Shown here one piece after another: positions 9,833 through 20,081 of a stretch of 20,081 bases of DNA. How positions within the stretch are numbered: the stretch's first letter is position 1; every line of letters begins with the position of its first letter. The stretch spans positions 1 through 20,081 of the forward strand of contig NW_021824126.1 in NCBI RefSeq assembly GCF_006345805.1, given 5' to 3'. The stretch comes from Octopus sinensis (Eukaryota). The translations under genes were made by a program, and so were the position numbers. The notes below the pieces were generated by a model. That model did not search any database and was not told the DNA's origin. It was given only the letters and a program-made list of their open reading frames with translations.

Positions 9833-10024
9833 AAAATAGTAAAAAGTGAAAAAACTACAGAAGGCTTAAAGGTTAAAAAATATATATTTGAGTCAATATG
9901 TCTGAAGAATATTAAATTTTTTTTTCTTACAATGACATAATTTAGAAGAAAATTTAGAAGAAAGACCGGTTTCACGTTTAGCTTTTCAAATTTCTTTTGT
10001 AGTTTTTTCACTTTTTACTATTTT
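9833..10024 (-). mobile_element. Penelope-like short element with perfect 27-bp inverted ends
   Basis: aaaatagtaaaaagtgaaaaaactaca (9833-9859) is the exact reverse complement of 9998-10024. Begins at a (TA)n run and contains a minimal hammerhead motif. Confidence 0.65.
9958..9996 (-). ncRNA. Minimal type I hammerhead ribozyme motif (U3/A8 core variant)
   Basis: Minus strand: aagaaa-t-TTGAAAA-gc-taaac-gt-GAAA-ccgg-TC-tttctt. This gives a 6-bp helix I with one extra U, a 2-bp helix II, palindromic helix III (ACCGGT) and a GUC cleavage triplet. Confidence 0.55.
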
Positions 10025-10237
10025 CTATATATTCAACCACGTGCTTTCACAAACCAACTTTCTTATCTCTCTCTCTCTCTCTCCTCTTCTCTCTCTCTCT
10101 CTATATATATAATATATATATATATATATGATCGCGGTTCTTGACTGAAGATAAAAGGCTTCGAATGACCCGTCCGTGTTATTTGGATGTTTTGTTGCCC
10201 CGTTTTGCGTTCTTGTTCCATTTTTGTATTTTATTAA

Positions 10238-10239
10238 TA

Positions 10240-10303
<64 letters not shown>

Positions 10304-10405
10304 TATATATATATATATTATATTATATATATATATATTTATAATTATAATGTATGTATGTATGTATATATATATTTATATATATCGAGAGAGAGAGAGA
10401 GAGAT
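10238..10405. repeat. (TA)n then (TATG)n and (GA)n microsatellites
   Basis: Directly visible. Confidence 0.95.
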
Positions 10406-10920
10406 GGGGACAGGCAGACTGACAAACAGATAGATTTGCATGATTTTTGTGCATGGGTGTGTGTTTAAAACAGTTGATGATAAACTTCCTCTTTACCCAG
10501 AGTTTCACGCCACCTGTAGTCGTTGAGTTGCTAAAGAGAGCAATGTCGACGACTGACGAGGACGGCAATACATTGGTCAACAGAGATGAAGTGGAAGGCT
10601 GCGCTGGGCAGTAACGAACGATATTCTGTCCACTACTCCGTCACAAATAGTAACTCATTCGCCGCAAATGCAGTGATTAGGACATCATGTATCCTTCCAC
10701 ATGACCGTTATGGAGCAACGAATTTCCTTGTATCCAGTATTCAGCAGTAGGTCATATTGATCCTCTTATCAATTCAACGGCCCTATGTGGCAAGCGAATT
10801 TGGGTAGCGAGGGAACGAATCAACAGTTGTTATCTCATCAATCTGTGTGTGCGCGTGTGCGCCTATATGTGTGCGTGTGCGTGCACATGTGTATTATCCT
10901 GTAAATAATCTCTGCGTGCA

Positions 10921-10952
10921 TATCATCTTCATCATCATCATCATCATCATCA

Positions 10953-11005
<53 letters not shown>

Positions 11006-11082
11006 TTTACTGCTACTACTAGTACTACTGCTGCTGCTGTTACTACTACTACTACAGTAGTAGTAGTAGTAGTATTAGTAGT
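10921..11082. repeat. Compound (CAT)n(TAT)n(ACT)n(AGT)n microsatellite
   Basis: Directly visible. Confidence 0.95.
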
Positions 11083-11148
11083 AAGGCAGCGATCTGGTAC
11101 TATCTTTAGCATGGCAGGCAAAATGCTTAGCGGCATTTCTTCCGTCTA
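11083..11148 (+). mobile_element. SINE-B head fragment, 3'-truncated
   Basis: 'aaggcagcgatctgg...ttagcatggcaggcaaaatgcttagcggcatttcttccgtc' aligns to the head of 5910-6150. Confidence 0.7.
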
Positions 11149-11217
11149 AGATAGAGAAAATGGGGAAGACAGAAAGAAAAAGGAAAAAAAAATAATTTAA
11201 AAAAACGTAAACAAATA

Positions 11218-11430
11218 GGCGCAGGAATGGCTATATGGTGAGTAGCTTGCTTACGAACCACATGGCTTCGTGTTCAGTCCTGCTGCATGGCACCTTGGGC
11301 AAGTGTCTTCTATTATAGCCTCTGGCCGACCAAAGCCTTGTGAGTGGATTCGGTAGACGGAAACTGAAAGAAGCCTGTCGTATATAATATATATATATAT
11401 ATATATATAATATATATATATATATATTAT

Positions 11431-11480
<50 letters not shown>

Positions 11481-11710
11481 TGTATGTGTATGTATTTGTG
11501 TGTCTGTGTTTGTCCTCCCACCATCGCTTCACAACCGATACTGGTGTGTTTACGTCCCCGTAACTTAGCGGTTCAGTTTAAAGAGACCGATAAAATAAGT
11601 ACTAGGCTTACAAAGAATAATTTTGGGGTCGGTTTGTTCAACTAAAAGGCGGTGCTCCAGCTTGGCCGCAGTCAAATAACTGAGACAAATAAAACAAATA
11701 AAAGAATAAA
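11218..11710 (+). mobile_element. SINE-A, full length
   Basis: 'ggcgcaggaatggctatatggtgag' head, 'gttcagtcc' B box, 'ccttgggcaagtgtctt', (TA)n(TG)n centre, 3' body and A-rich tail. Confidence 0.93.
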
Positions 11711-11721
11711 AAATAAAATAA

Positions 11722-12624
11722 AGTGGTGGTGGAGGGGAGAAAGTTCACAACGAATGCTCTTCTCAGTACGTATGACGTAGCAGTTGAGACAATCTTTTGC
11801 ACTTCATGTATGGATGATAAGCCAGGGATTATTCTTAGATAATTTTCAGTTCCTTTTTGGATCATTCCAAGTGCTCCTACAATCACTGGTATTGCAACCC
11901 TCTTCAGATTCCACATCTTTTCGATTTCGATTAGAAATCTTTATATTTTTCTGTGCTTATCAAATATTTTTGCCGTAATATTATGACCACAAGGTATGCT
12001 CATGTCAATCAAAAAACAGACTTAATTGTTTTGGTCTTTTACAACAATATCTGGTTTATTTGCCTTGATGGTCCGCTCTGTACATACTGGGAAGTCCCAC
12101 AGAATAGTTACATTTTCTCCCTCAGTTACAGCCTCAGGGTGGTGCTTGTGCCATCCGTCAGCAGTTTTGATTTTATAATGCCGACACATTATCCAATGTA
12201 GATATTGGCCAACTCATGTCTTGATTTGTACTCTACAGGTGCTAAAACCTTACATCCAGAGATTAGGCGGTCCACTGTTTCAATCCCATCGTTGCAGTAT
12301 CAACACCACTTTCCATAACATTGGCTTGATAGTTCCGGGTCAATAAGCTCTGATCTTGGGCAGCCATGATAAATCCTTCACTCTCTGCTTTTAACCCCGA
12401 TCCCTCTAACCACTGATGGGTGTGCTTCTGGACTACATCAGCGTTCTTGCTACGGGCCACATACTTGCCACGCAGAGGTTTTTTTCAGCCAATTGTTCAA
12501 ACGCATTTTGCTTTGCCATTGATTTCACCTTCTTTTACAACTACAGTTGCTGCTCTTCAATCGTGCTGTTTAACCTGGGCATTATTATGCATAAGTTCAC
12601 TTGAAAAAATTTTGCTCTCCTTCC

Positions 12625-12625
<1 letters not shown>
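11722..12625 (-). mobile_element. 5'-truncated, decayed R4/Dong-clade non-LTR retrotransposon (zinc knuckle and restriction-like endonuclease region)
   Basis: Translation across frameshifts: KPLRGKYVARSKNADV..THQWLEGSGLKAESEGFIMAAQDQSLLTRNY...ETVDRLISGCKVLAPVEYKSRH..VGQYLHWIMCRHY...ILWDFPVCTERTIKANKPDIVV...LIDMSIP...KYKD..IEIEKMWNLKRVAIPVIVGALGMI...VQKIVSTATSYVLRRA. The PD..D RLE core, KY motif and VGALG motif are present. The truncated end abuts (TAA)n. Confidence 0.9.
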
Positions 12626-12719
<94 letters not shown>

Positions 12720-12745
12720 TATTATTATTATTATTATTATTATTA

Positions 12746-12797
<52 letters not shown>
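12626..12797. repeat. (ATT)n / (TAA)n microsatellite
   Basis: Directly visible. Confidence 0.97.
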
Positions 12798-13165
<368 letters not shown>

Positions 13166-13239
13166 TAGTCATAGCAATGATAGCTATTGTTTTGTAGATC
13201 ATGAAGTTATCCTTTAACTCTTCTTCCGTCCTCATTGAG

Positions 13240-13290
<51 letters not shown>

Positions 13291-13299
13291 CATCTATCT

Positions 13300-13367
<68 letters not shown>

Positions 13368-13405
13368 CCTATCTATCTGTCTGTCTCTCTATTTATCTAT
13401 CTATC
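13240..13405. repeat. (TATC)n microsatellite
   Basis: Directly visible. Confidence 0.97.
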
Positions 13406-13663
13406 AGGCGATGGGGTCAAACAAATCTAGTGAAGCTACTTAGAATATGGGAATCAAAAGTCAGAAGTCGCATTAATGCATAACTGTGAGCCTGACAAAA
13501 AATACATTCTGCTGAACTTGCGGTTATAGATTAAGAGTACGTATATAACCTACAACACGTGTGTTTGAAAAACTGCAATCAGTGAAAGCGGTTACTCACA
13601 ATAAGAAACCTTCCATCCAATATTTCATTTATAAAATTAGTTTCAATTTAAGATAATCTTCCT

Positions 13664-13701
<38 letters not shown>

Positions 13702-14099
13702 AGAGAATGTCAGAGAAGGAAAGAAAACGATAAGCTCCTTCCCCGTTGTCAACCCTCACCTCTGTCACTAAGCCGACACAAACCAGACCTAAACCAGTGC
13801 CACGCACGTGCCCGCTCTAACCAGCCAGTGAACCATATCTTGTAAAGACAATATCTCGCAGGTGAATATTGTTGATAAAATTGATGAGGTGTGTAGTTAA
13901 ATTAATTGGTTTTAGATTGTTTCATTTGTGCACACATACACACACACACACGCGCTCGTATACAATATATATACATATATATAGATATACATGTACAAAT
14001 ATAGTTATACACATCGACGTATATAGAGGTATACATATAGGCACACACATACTCACACTTATGTATAGGTACACACGCATACACACATATGTTGTTTGT

Positions 14100-14995
14100 A
14101 GTTGTTGGTGGCGGCGGTGACGGTTTAATTAAAGGCGGAGAAGAGCAGTATGGGGGAATAGTACGGTTTGTAGTGGTGGTGTTGATGTTGGGGGTGGAGG
14201 TGGATGGCGTTGGGTGGGTGGTAGTGACTGTAGTGGTGAGATGATGGTGATGATGAGTTTAGTAAAAGAGGGGGGAGTTACTATGGGGGGAATGTTAAGG
14301 TCGTGTTGGGATGGTGAGGTGGTGGTGGTAGTGGCGGCGGCGGCGGTGATAGTGGTGGTGGTAGTGGTGGTGGTAGTGGTTGGGTGTGTGGTGGGTTGTC
14401 AGAGTTTGTAAGGGATTGTGGGATAGGAAGTGAGGTGAGGATGGAGGGCGGATTTGAGGGCATGGGGTAAAGGGATGGAATGAGGAGGGTGGGGATTGAG
14501 AAGATGAGGGGTTAGTATTGGATGTGAGGGGTGGAGTCAGGCGTAGGGGATGATGGGGATGGGCTGAGGGAGATAATGAAAGGGTTCGAAGAGTGAAGAT
14601 GAGGCCGTCACGACGGCATATATTTGTTGGGGGGAAAGAGAAAGAGAGTGGAGACAAAGAGTAGGGGTGGGAAATGAAGAGGGGGAGTTTAGGATGGGAG
14701 AGTGGGGAGAGAATGTAGGAGGAGTGAATAGGGAGAGGCAGTGTGAGGAAGAGAGACTGTGCTTTAGTAGATGAAACTCTAAGTGACAGATGAGAAGAAG
14801 AAGAAGGAGAAGAAGAGAGGAGGAGGGGGAGAAGAGGGAAGAGGAGAAGAAGGAGGAGGAGGAAGAAAAGAAGGAGAAGAAGAAGAAGAAGAAGGAGAAG
14901 AAGAAGAAAAAGAAGAAGAAGAAGGAGAAGAAGAAGAAGAAGAGAAGAAGAAGAAGAAGAGAAGATAAAAGAAAACGACGATGCAGAGAAGAATG
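14100..14995. repeat. Purine-rich low-complexity tract ending in (GAA/GGA)n
   Basis: Degenerate GGT repeats, then a G/A-rich stretch, with a near-pure purine run at about 14792-14975. Confidence 0.9.
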
Positions 14996-15035
14996 ATAGT
15001 TTGCTAATGTTGTTGTTAGCGTTGTTGTTGCTGCA

Positions 15036-15110
15036 TTTTAACCCTGGGTCAACTCTCTGATCCAACAGGAAACATGATCAAATGTGTTCCTGCCGTGGCC
15101 TCTCCACCAG
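15036..15110. mobile_element. Fragment of an old unclassified interspersed repeat
   Basis: 'tttaaccctgggtcaactctctgat...atgatcaaa..ttcc.gccgtggcc' resembles 15676-15870 and 16666-16735. Confidence 0.5.
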
Positions 15111-15287
15111 TTTAACTTCCTCCCCACAAAACTTCAAGGCTTCGTGTCTCACGGCAAAATGAATTGTTTGGTTTAAGGGACAGGGTGTGAATTGAGGGGG
15201 ACTTAGCTACGATGTTTCTTTTCAATAGGTCGATGACTCTTCGTTAATAATTGTTGGAAAATGGATATTGCTGCAGTAGCAATATGA

Positions 15288-15660
15288 ATATTATTATTAT
15301 TATTATTATTATTAGTAGTATAGTAGTAGTAGTAGTAATAGTCTGGGTTGTGGCAGCCGTAGGGGTGGTAGTGGTGGTGCAGTACGTATATAGTAGTAGT
15401 AGTAGTAGTTGTAGTTATAGTTGTAGTAGTAGTAGAAGTAGTAGTAGTAGTAATAGTAGTAGTAATAGTAGTAGTAGTAGTGGTAGTTGTAATAGTAGTA
15501 GTAGTGATAGTAGTAGAAGTAGTAGTAGTAGTAGTGGTGGTGGTCTTGGTTGTGGCAGCCGTAGGGGTGGTGGTGGTGCAGTGGTAACAGTACATATATA
15601 GTAGTAGTAGTGGTGGTAGTAGTAGTAGTTGTAGTAGTAGCAATAGCAGCAGCTGCTGTT
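15288..15660. repeat. (TAT)n/(AGT)n array containing a ~202-bp-period duplication
   Basis: 'ggttgtggcagccgtaggggtggt' occurs at 15346 and 15548. Confidence 0.9.
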
Positions 15661-15675
15661 GTTTCGTAGTTATTG

Positions 15676-15870
15676 TTTAACCCCAAGTCGGCTCTGTTCA
15701 TGCTTTCAGTAGTATAGTCACAGACAATACATCCGTGACCATCACATTTCTTCCTGTGCATCGAACCTAAGACCCATTTTCAACTGCATCCTTTTCTAAA
15801 GACTGTTGAACACACAATTTAAGGGACATTTAGCTGCTATTTCTAACAAGTCATGTGGGTGAGGTATATG
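15676..15870. mobile_element. Old unclassified interspersed repeat
   Basis: Starts 'tttaaccccaagtcggctctg'. Contains 'atttagctgctatttctaaca', whose reverse complement resembles 'tgttagaaatagcaataaaatctccc' near 5835. Confidence 0.5.
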
Positions 15871-15915
15871 CGTAAATGATTCTTCGAGAAACACCGAGAA
15901 GGTTGCTATGGCAAT

Positions 15916-16535
15916 TTGTATACATGGGTCTGTGTATGTATGTTTGTTTATGTGTATGGTATATGTTTGAGTGTGCGTGACTCTGTGTGTATGTGTTTGC
16001 ATGTATGTGTGAATGTGTTTTTGTGTGTTTCATACGTACGCATTTTTGCGTATGTGTGTGTTTCAGTCCGTGTATACGCGTGTGCGTATATGTGTATGTG
16101 TGTGCATGTATGTACGTGAATGTACTTTTCCATGTGTATGAACGTGTGTATCTGTATATGTGTTTATGTGAGTGTTTGTGCGTGTATGTTTATGCTTATG
16201 TGCACAATGTATATTTGAATGTATATGTGTATGAGTGTGATGCATGTATGTTTATGCGTATTTGCGTGACTGTGCGAATGTATATGCGTTTATGTGTATG
16301 TGTGGCGTGTATGTGTGTTTATCTGTATGCCTGCGAGTCTGCGTGTGTGTTTGTATATGTGAGTTGCGTATGTGTTTCGTATGTATGTATGTATGTATGT
16401 ATGTATGTATGTGTGTGTCAATGTGCATGTGTATGTGTTGCGTACGCGTATGTCTGTGTATGCGTATGCATGTGTGTGTGTGCATGTATGAGCATATCTG
16501 TTTGTATGTATGTACGTATGTGTGTTTGTGTATGT
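15916..16535. repeat. Degenerate (TG)n/(TATG)n tract
   Basis: Directly visible. Confidence 0.92.
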
Positions 16536-16749
16536 AGGTACCAAGTTAAGGGAGTAGAAAAAGCAACAATAAATTAAAAGCAAGACAACGAAACGAAAGT
16601 GAAAGTATTCTACTTTCACTTTCGCTATCGTTTTTATTGCTTTTTTATTTATTGTTTTCTTTCTGGTTTAGTCCCAGGTGAGTCATGATTAATCAGATAT
16701 GTTATCAAAGCCGTTCCAACTGTGACCAACCGGTCATATTGTATCTTTT

Positions 16750-17056
16750 ATCGTTTGCTTCTTTTAGCCATTGGACTACGGCCATGCAGAACCATCGCCT
16801 TGAAGGATTTAGTCGGACAAATCAACCCCAGTACATATTCTTTCTTTAAGTCGGGTATTTATTTTATGGTCTTCTTTTGCCGAACCATAAAGTTACGGTA
16901 ACGTAAACAAAACAACAAGCAGTGGTGGAGGACAAACGAGCTCACACATATGCATAACCACATACACACACACACACATACATATATATATATACATACA
17001 TACATACATACATACAAACATACATATGCACGTATGTTTGTATGTATGTAAGCATA

Positions 17057-17104
<48 letters not shown>

Positions 17105-17417
17105 AGTGTGTGTGTATGTATATGTGTATATATGTAGATATATATACATATATGTATATATATATATAAACATATATATATATATACTCACATACACATA
17201 AATAAACACACACACACACATAACAAACACACTCAGACACATACGCACACACACACACGCACGCACACACGCACACACACACACACACGCATACAATATT
17301 CACTCACAAGGTTTTGGTCGGCCCGATATTATAGTAGACATTTTTGCAACGTGCCAAGCAGTGGGACAGAATCCAAAACCTTTTGGTTGTGAAGTAAACC
17401 ACACAACCATGCCTGTT
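16750..17417 (-). mobile_element. SINE-A, old copy with greatly expanded internal microsatellite
   Basis: 3' body at 16750-16940 ('ttttgccgaacc..aagttacgg..acgtaaaca'), CA/TA tract to about 17295, then head 'cactcacaaggttttggtcggccc...gtgccaagcagtgggacagaa...accacacaaccatgcctg'. Confidence 0.85.
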
Positions 17418-17436
17418 TCTATATCTAAGAGATCTT

Positions 17437-17569
17437 TCTTTCCAATTTCAGCACCAGGCCAGCAATTTTGCGTTGTACGGTAGCCGATTACATTGACACC
17501 AGAGCTCAAAAACTACTTAATTTATCAACCCTGAACGGATGAAAGACAAAGTCAACCTCGGCGGCATTA
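17437..17569 (-). mobile_element. SINE-B, old 3' fragment with alternative tail
   Basis: 'aggccagcaatttt...gattacattgac...tttatcaaccctgaacggatgaaagacaaagtcaacctcggcgg'. Confidence 0.8.
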
Positions 17570-17690
17570 TTATGTTTCTAGGATTACACTAAGCAATGCA
17601 TTACGCGTTTTTGCTGTAAATACAGCTGTGTGTAAATTGAGGAATACTTAGCTACTATTCTTAGCTGGCTACTTGAGTGGCACTGTAGAG

Positions 17691-17790
17691 CCGTGGTTCT
17701 CAACCGTTGTCCATATGGCCCTTGGAGAGATCCACATAAGACATTGTTGTTAAAATTTATCTCCAATAAATTGGTTATACTTCTACAATA
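17691..17790 (+). mobile_element. hAT/Charlie-like transposon end fragment
   Basis: 'gtagag|ccgtggttctcaacc' resembles the CAGTGGTTCTCAA terminus and TAGA-containing target typical of hAT-Charlie elements. No second end seen. Confidence 0.45.
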
Positions 17791-17906
17791 GGTGCGTGCG
17801 TGACACCTTAGCCTCCGACCGACCTAAGACCTTGTGATTTTCTTTGGTAGCCTCGTATATTAGCCTCGAAAAAAAATATGTGTGCGTGCGGTGTGTGTGT
17901 GTGTGT

Positions 17907-18284
17907 CTGTGGTAAGAAGCTTGCTTCCCAATCACATAGCTTCGGGTTCAGTCTCACTACGTGGTACCTTGGCCAAGTGTCTTCTACTACAGCCTCGGGC
18001 CGACCAGCCTTGTGAGCTTGTTTTGGCAGACGGAAACTGAAAGAAGCCCATCGTATTTATATATATATGTGTGTGTGAGGGGGGGGTGTTTGTGTGTCTG
18101 TGTCTGTCCTCCAAACATCTCTTGACAACCGATGCTGGTGTGTTTACGTCCCTGTAATTTAACGATTAGACAAAAGAGTCTGATAGAATAAGTACTAGGC
18201 TTATAAAGAATAAGTCTTGTGCGTATAATTGCTCGACTAAAGTTGATACTCCAGCATGGCCGCAGTCAAACGACTGAATAAAAG

Positions 18285-18287
<3 letters not shown>
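17907..18287 (+). mobile_element. SINE-A, nearly full length
   Basis: 'tgtggtaagaagcttgcttccc...gggttcagtc...ccttggccaagtgtcttc...gacggaaactgaaagaagccc...ccagcatggccgcagtcaaacgactgaa'. Confidence 0.9.
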
Positions 18288-18369
<82 letters not shown>

Positions 18370-18570
18370 GTGTCTTTGAGTTTGTGTTGTCCCCTACCAC
18401 TGTCTAACAACCGGTGCTTGTGTGTCTACGTACTCGTAACATAGTGTTTCGGCAAAGACAATCGATAGAATAAATACCTGGTTTCAGAAAAACATAATAA
18501 GTACTGGGTGAATGATAAATTCGACTAAAATTCTTCAAGACAGTGCCCCAGCATGGCAGCTGCAGTTTAA
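18370..18570 (+). mobile_element. SINE-A, diverged 3' half after a (CA)n(TA)n tract
   Basis: 'aacaaccggtgcttgtgtgtctacgt...ttcggcaaag...gatagaataa...ttcgactaaaa...gtgccccagcatggc'. Confidence 0.82.
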
Positions 18571-18645
18571 TTCTTGTTATACAATTCCTAAAACGTTTAA
18601 TTCTAAAACTATAATTTTTTTTTTAAAACATGGAATGGCTATGAA

Positions 18646-18702
18646 GGTCCATCTTACGATCGGGAGTCCGCGGCCCTAACCACTGGGCCATTGCACCTCC
18701 AC
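18646..18702 (-). mobile_element. tRNA-like head of a third SINE family, 3'-truncated
   Basis: Minus strand 'gtggaggtgcaatggcccagtggttagggccgcggactcccgatcg' has a canonical A box (TGGCCCAGTGG) and D-arm-like text. No B box remains. Confidence 0.6.
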
Positions 18703-18739
18703 TGTTGTTGCTGTTGTGGTTGTCAATGACTACGTATGT

Positions 18740-18779
18740 ACTTCTACTACTATCACTACTACTACTATTACAACTACCT

Positions 18780-18836
<57 letters not shown>

Positions 18837-18837
18837 T
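18740..18837. repeat. (ACT)n microsatellite
   Basis: Directly visible. Lies immediately upstream of the SINE-B array. Confidence 0.96.
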
Positions 18838-18839
18838 AA

Positions 18840-19777
18840 GTGAGCTGGCAGAAACGTTAGCACGCCGGGCGAAGGTATTCCGTCTGCCGATACGTTCTGA
18901 GTTCAAATTCCGCCGAGGTCGACTTTGCTTTTCATCCTTTCGGGGTCGATAAATTAAGTACCAGTTATGCACTGGGGTTGATGTAATCGACTTAATCCGT
19001 TTGTTTGTCCTTGTTTGTCCTCTCTGTGTTTAGCCCCTTGTGAGTAGTGAAGAAATAGGTATTTCGTCTGCTGCTACGTTCTGAGTTTAAATTCCGCCGA
19101 GGTCGACTTTGCCTTTCATCCTTTCGGGGTCGATTAAATAAGTACCAGTTACTCACTGGAGCCGATGTAATCGACTTAATCCATTTGTCTGTCCTTGTTT
19201 GTCTCTCCTGTGTTTAGGCCATTGTCGGTAGTAAAGAAATAGGTATTTCGTCTGCCTTTACATTCTGAGTTCAAATTCCGCCGAGGTCGACTCTGCCTTT
19301 CATCCTTTCGGGGTCGATTAAATAAGTACCAGTTACGCACTGGGGTCGATATAATCGACTTAATCCATTTGTCTGTCCTTGTTTGTCCTCTCTATGTTTA
19401 GCCCCTTGTGAGTAGTAAAGAAATAGGTATTTCGTCTGCCGCTACGTTCTGAGTTTAAATTCCGCCGAGGTCGACTTTGCCTTTCATCCTTTCAGGGTCG
19501 ATAAATTAAGTACCAGTTGCGCACTGGGGTCGATGTAATTGACTTAATCCCTTTGTCTGTCCCTGTTTCTCCCATCTATGTTTAGCCCCTTGTGGGCAAT
19601 AAAGAAATAGGTATTCCGTCTGTCTTTATGTTTTGAGTTCAAATTCCGCCGAGGTCGACTTTGCCCTTCATCCTTTCGGGGTTGATAAATTAAGTACCAG
19701 TTGAGTACTGGGGTCGATGTAATCGATTGCCCCCTCCCCCAAAATTTCGGGTCTTGTGCCTAGAGTAGAAACGAATA
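18840..19777 (+). mobile_element. SINE-B head-to-tail array: one head, four 184-bp headless units, and one terminal unit with a different tail
   Basis: Units start with 'ggtatt(t/c)cgtctg' at 18874, 19058, 19242, 19426 and 19610 (spacing exactly 184). Units 1-4 end 'aagaaata'. Unit 5 ends 'gccccctcccccaaaatttcgggtcttgtgcctagagtagaaacgaata'. Confidence 0.95.
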
Positions 19778-20081
19778 CGTATGTGTGTTTGGCTGTGTGA
19801 GTGTGTGTGTGAGGAGAGAGAAGAGAGAAAGGAGGGAGTTGGTATGTGTTGCTGAGAGGGTTCTTGGAGTTAAAAGATGGGGAGTTTGGAAGAGGAAAGG
19901 TAAGAGGTAGGGGTGAAAGATGAAGAGGGTAAAGGAATGGATTGAAGGCTTAGAAGATCGTTATGACTACGGGACTCTGTGTGTGTGTGTGTGTGTGCAT
20001 ATATAGGTGTTTTGTGTATGTGTGTGAGAGAAGAGGAAGAGGAGGAAGAGAGTAGTGTGTGAGTGTGGGAGGAGTGTCGTG

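Noticed and set aside
11638-12460. 92-aa and 65-aa ORFs as host genes
   Set aside because: They are pieces of the frameshifted R4/Dong ORF. The 92-aa ORF reads on into an antisense SINE.
14295-16619. Long ORFs of 146-256 aa
   Set aside because: All derive from GA-, AGT- or TG-type low-complexity tracts.
18646-18702. Functional tRNA gene (also considered for the heads at 3261, 4731, 11218 and 846)
   Set aside because: No complete cloverleaf. The A/B boxes continue into SINE bodies or are truncated.
18874-19777. CRISPR array or hammerhead retrozyme
   Set aside because: The units are homologous over their whole length, with no unique spacers and no cas genes, in a eukaryotic context. I found no CUGANGA/GAAA hammerhead core on either strand. 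The units match the dispersed SINE-B.

Overview
Repeat-dense, AT-rich eukaryotic non-coding DNA (intronic or intergenic) with no supportable intact protein-coding gene. The supplied ORFs are translated microsatellites, SINE text or decayed transposon fragments. The repeat complement looks like an Octopus (coleoid cephalopod) genome; this is recognition from memory, not a database result. Contents: (1) about ten copies or fragments of a tRNA-headed SINE with an internal (TA)n(TG)n tract (here SINE-A). (2) A second tRNA-headed SINE (SINE-B), present as a monomer with a 17-bp TSD, as fragments, and as a head-to-tail array at 18840-19777 of four exact 184-bp units plus a fifth unit with a different tail. 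(3) Two 5'-truncated R4/Dong-type restriction-like-endonuclease retrotransposons adjoining (TAA)n. (4) A decayed Tc1/mariner (maT-like) transposase 3' half. (5) Short (TA)n-embedded elements with inverted ends and minimal hammerhead motifs, typical of Penelope-like elements. (6) Small unique islands carrying a candidate recursive splice site and transcription-factor motifs. The best candidate for an undescribed system is the SINE-B array: every junction uses one nucleotide position at an internal hairpin loop, the units are different sequence variants, and independent small deletions map to the same site.
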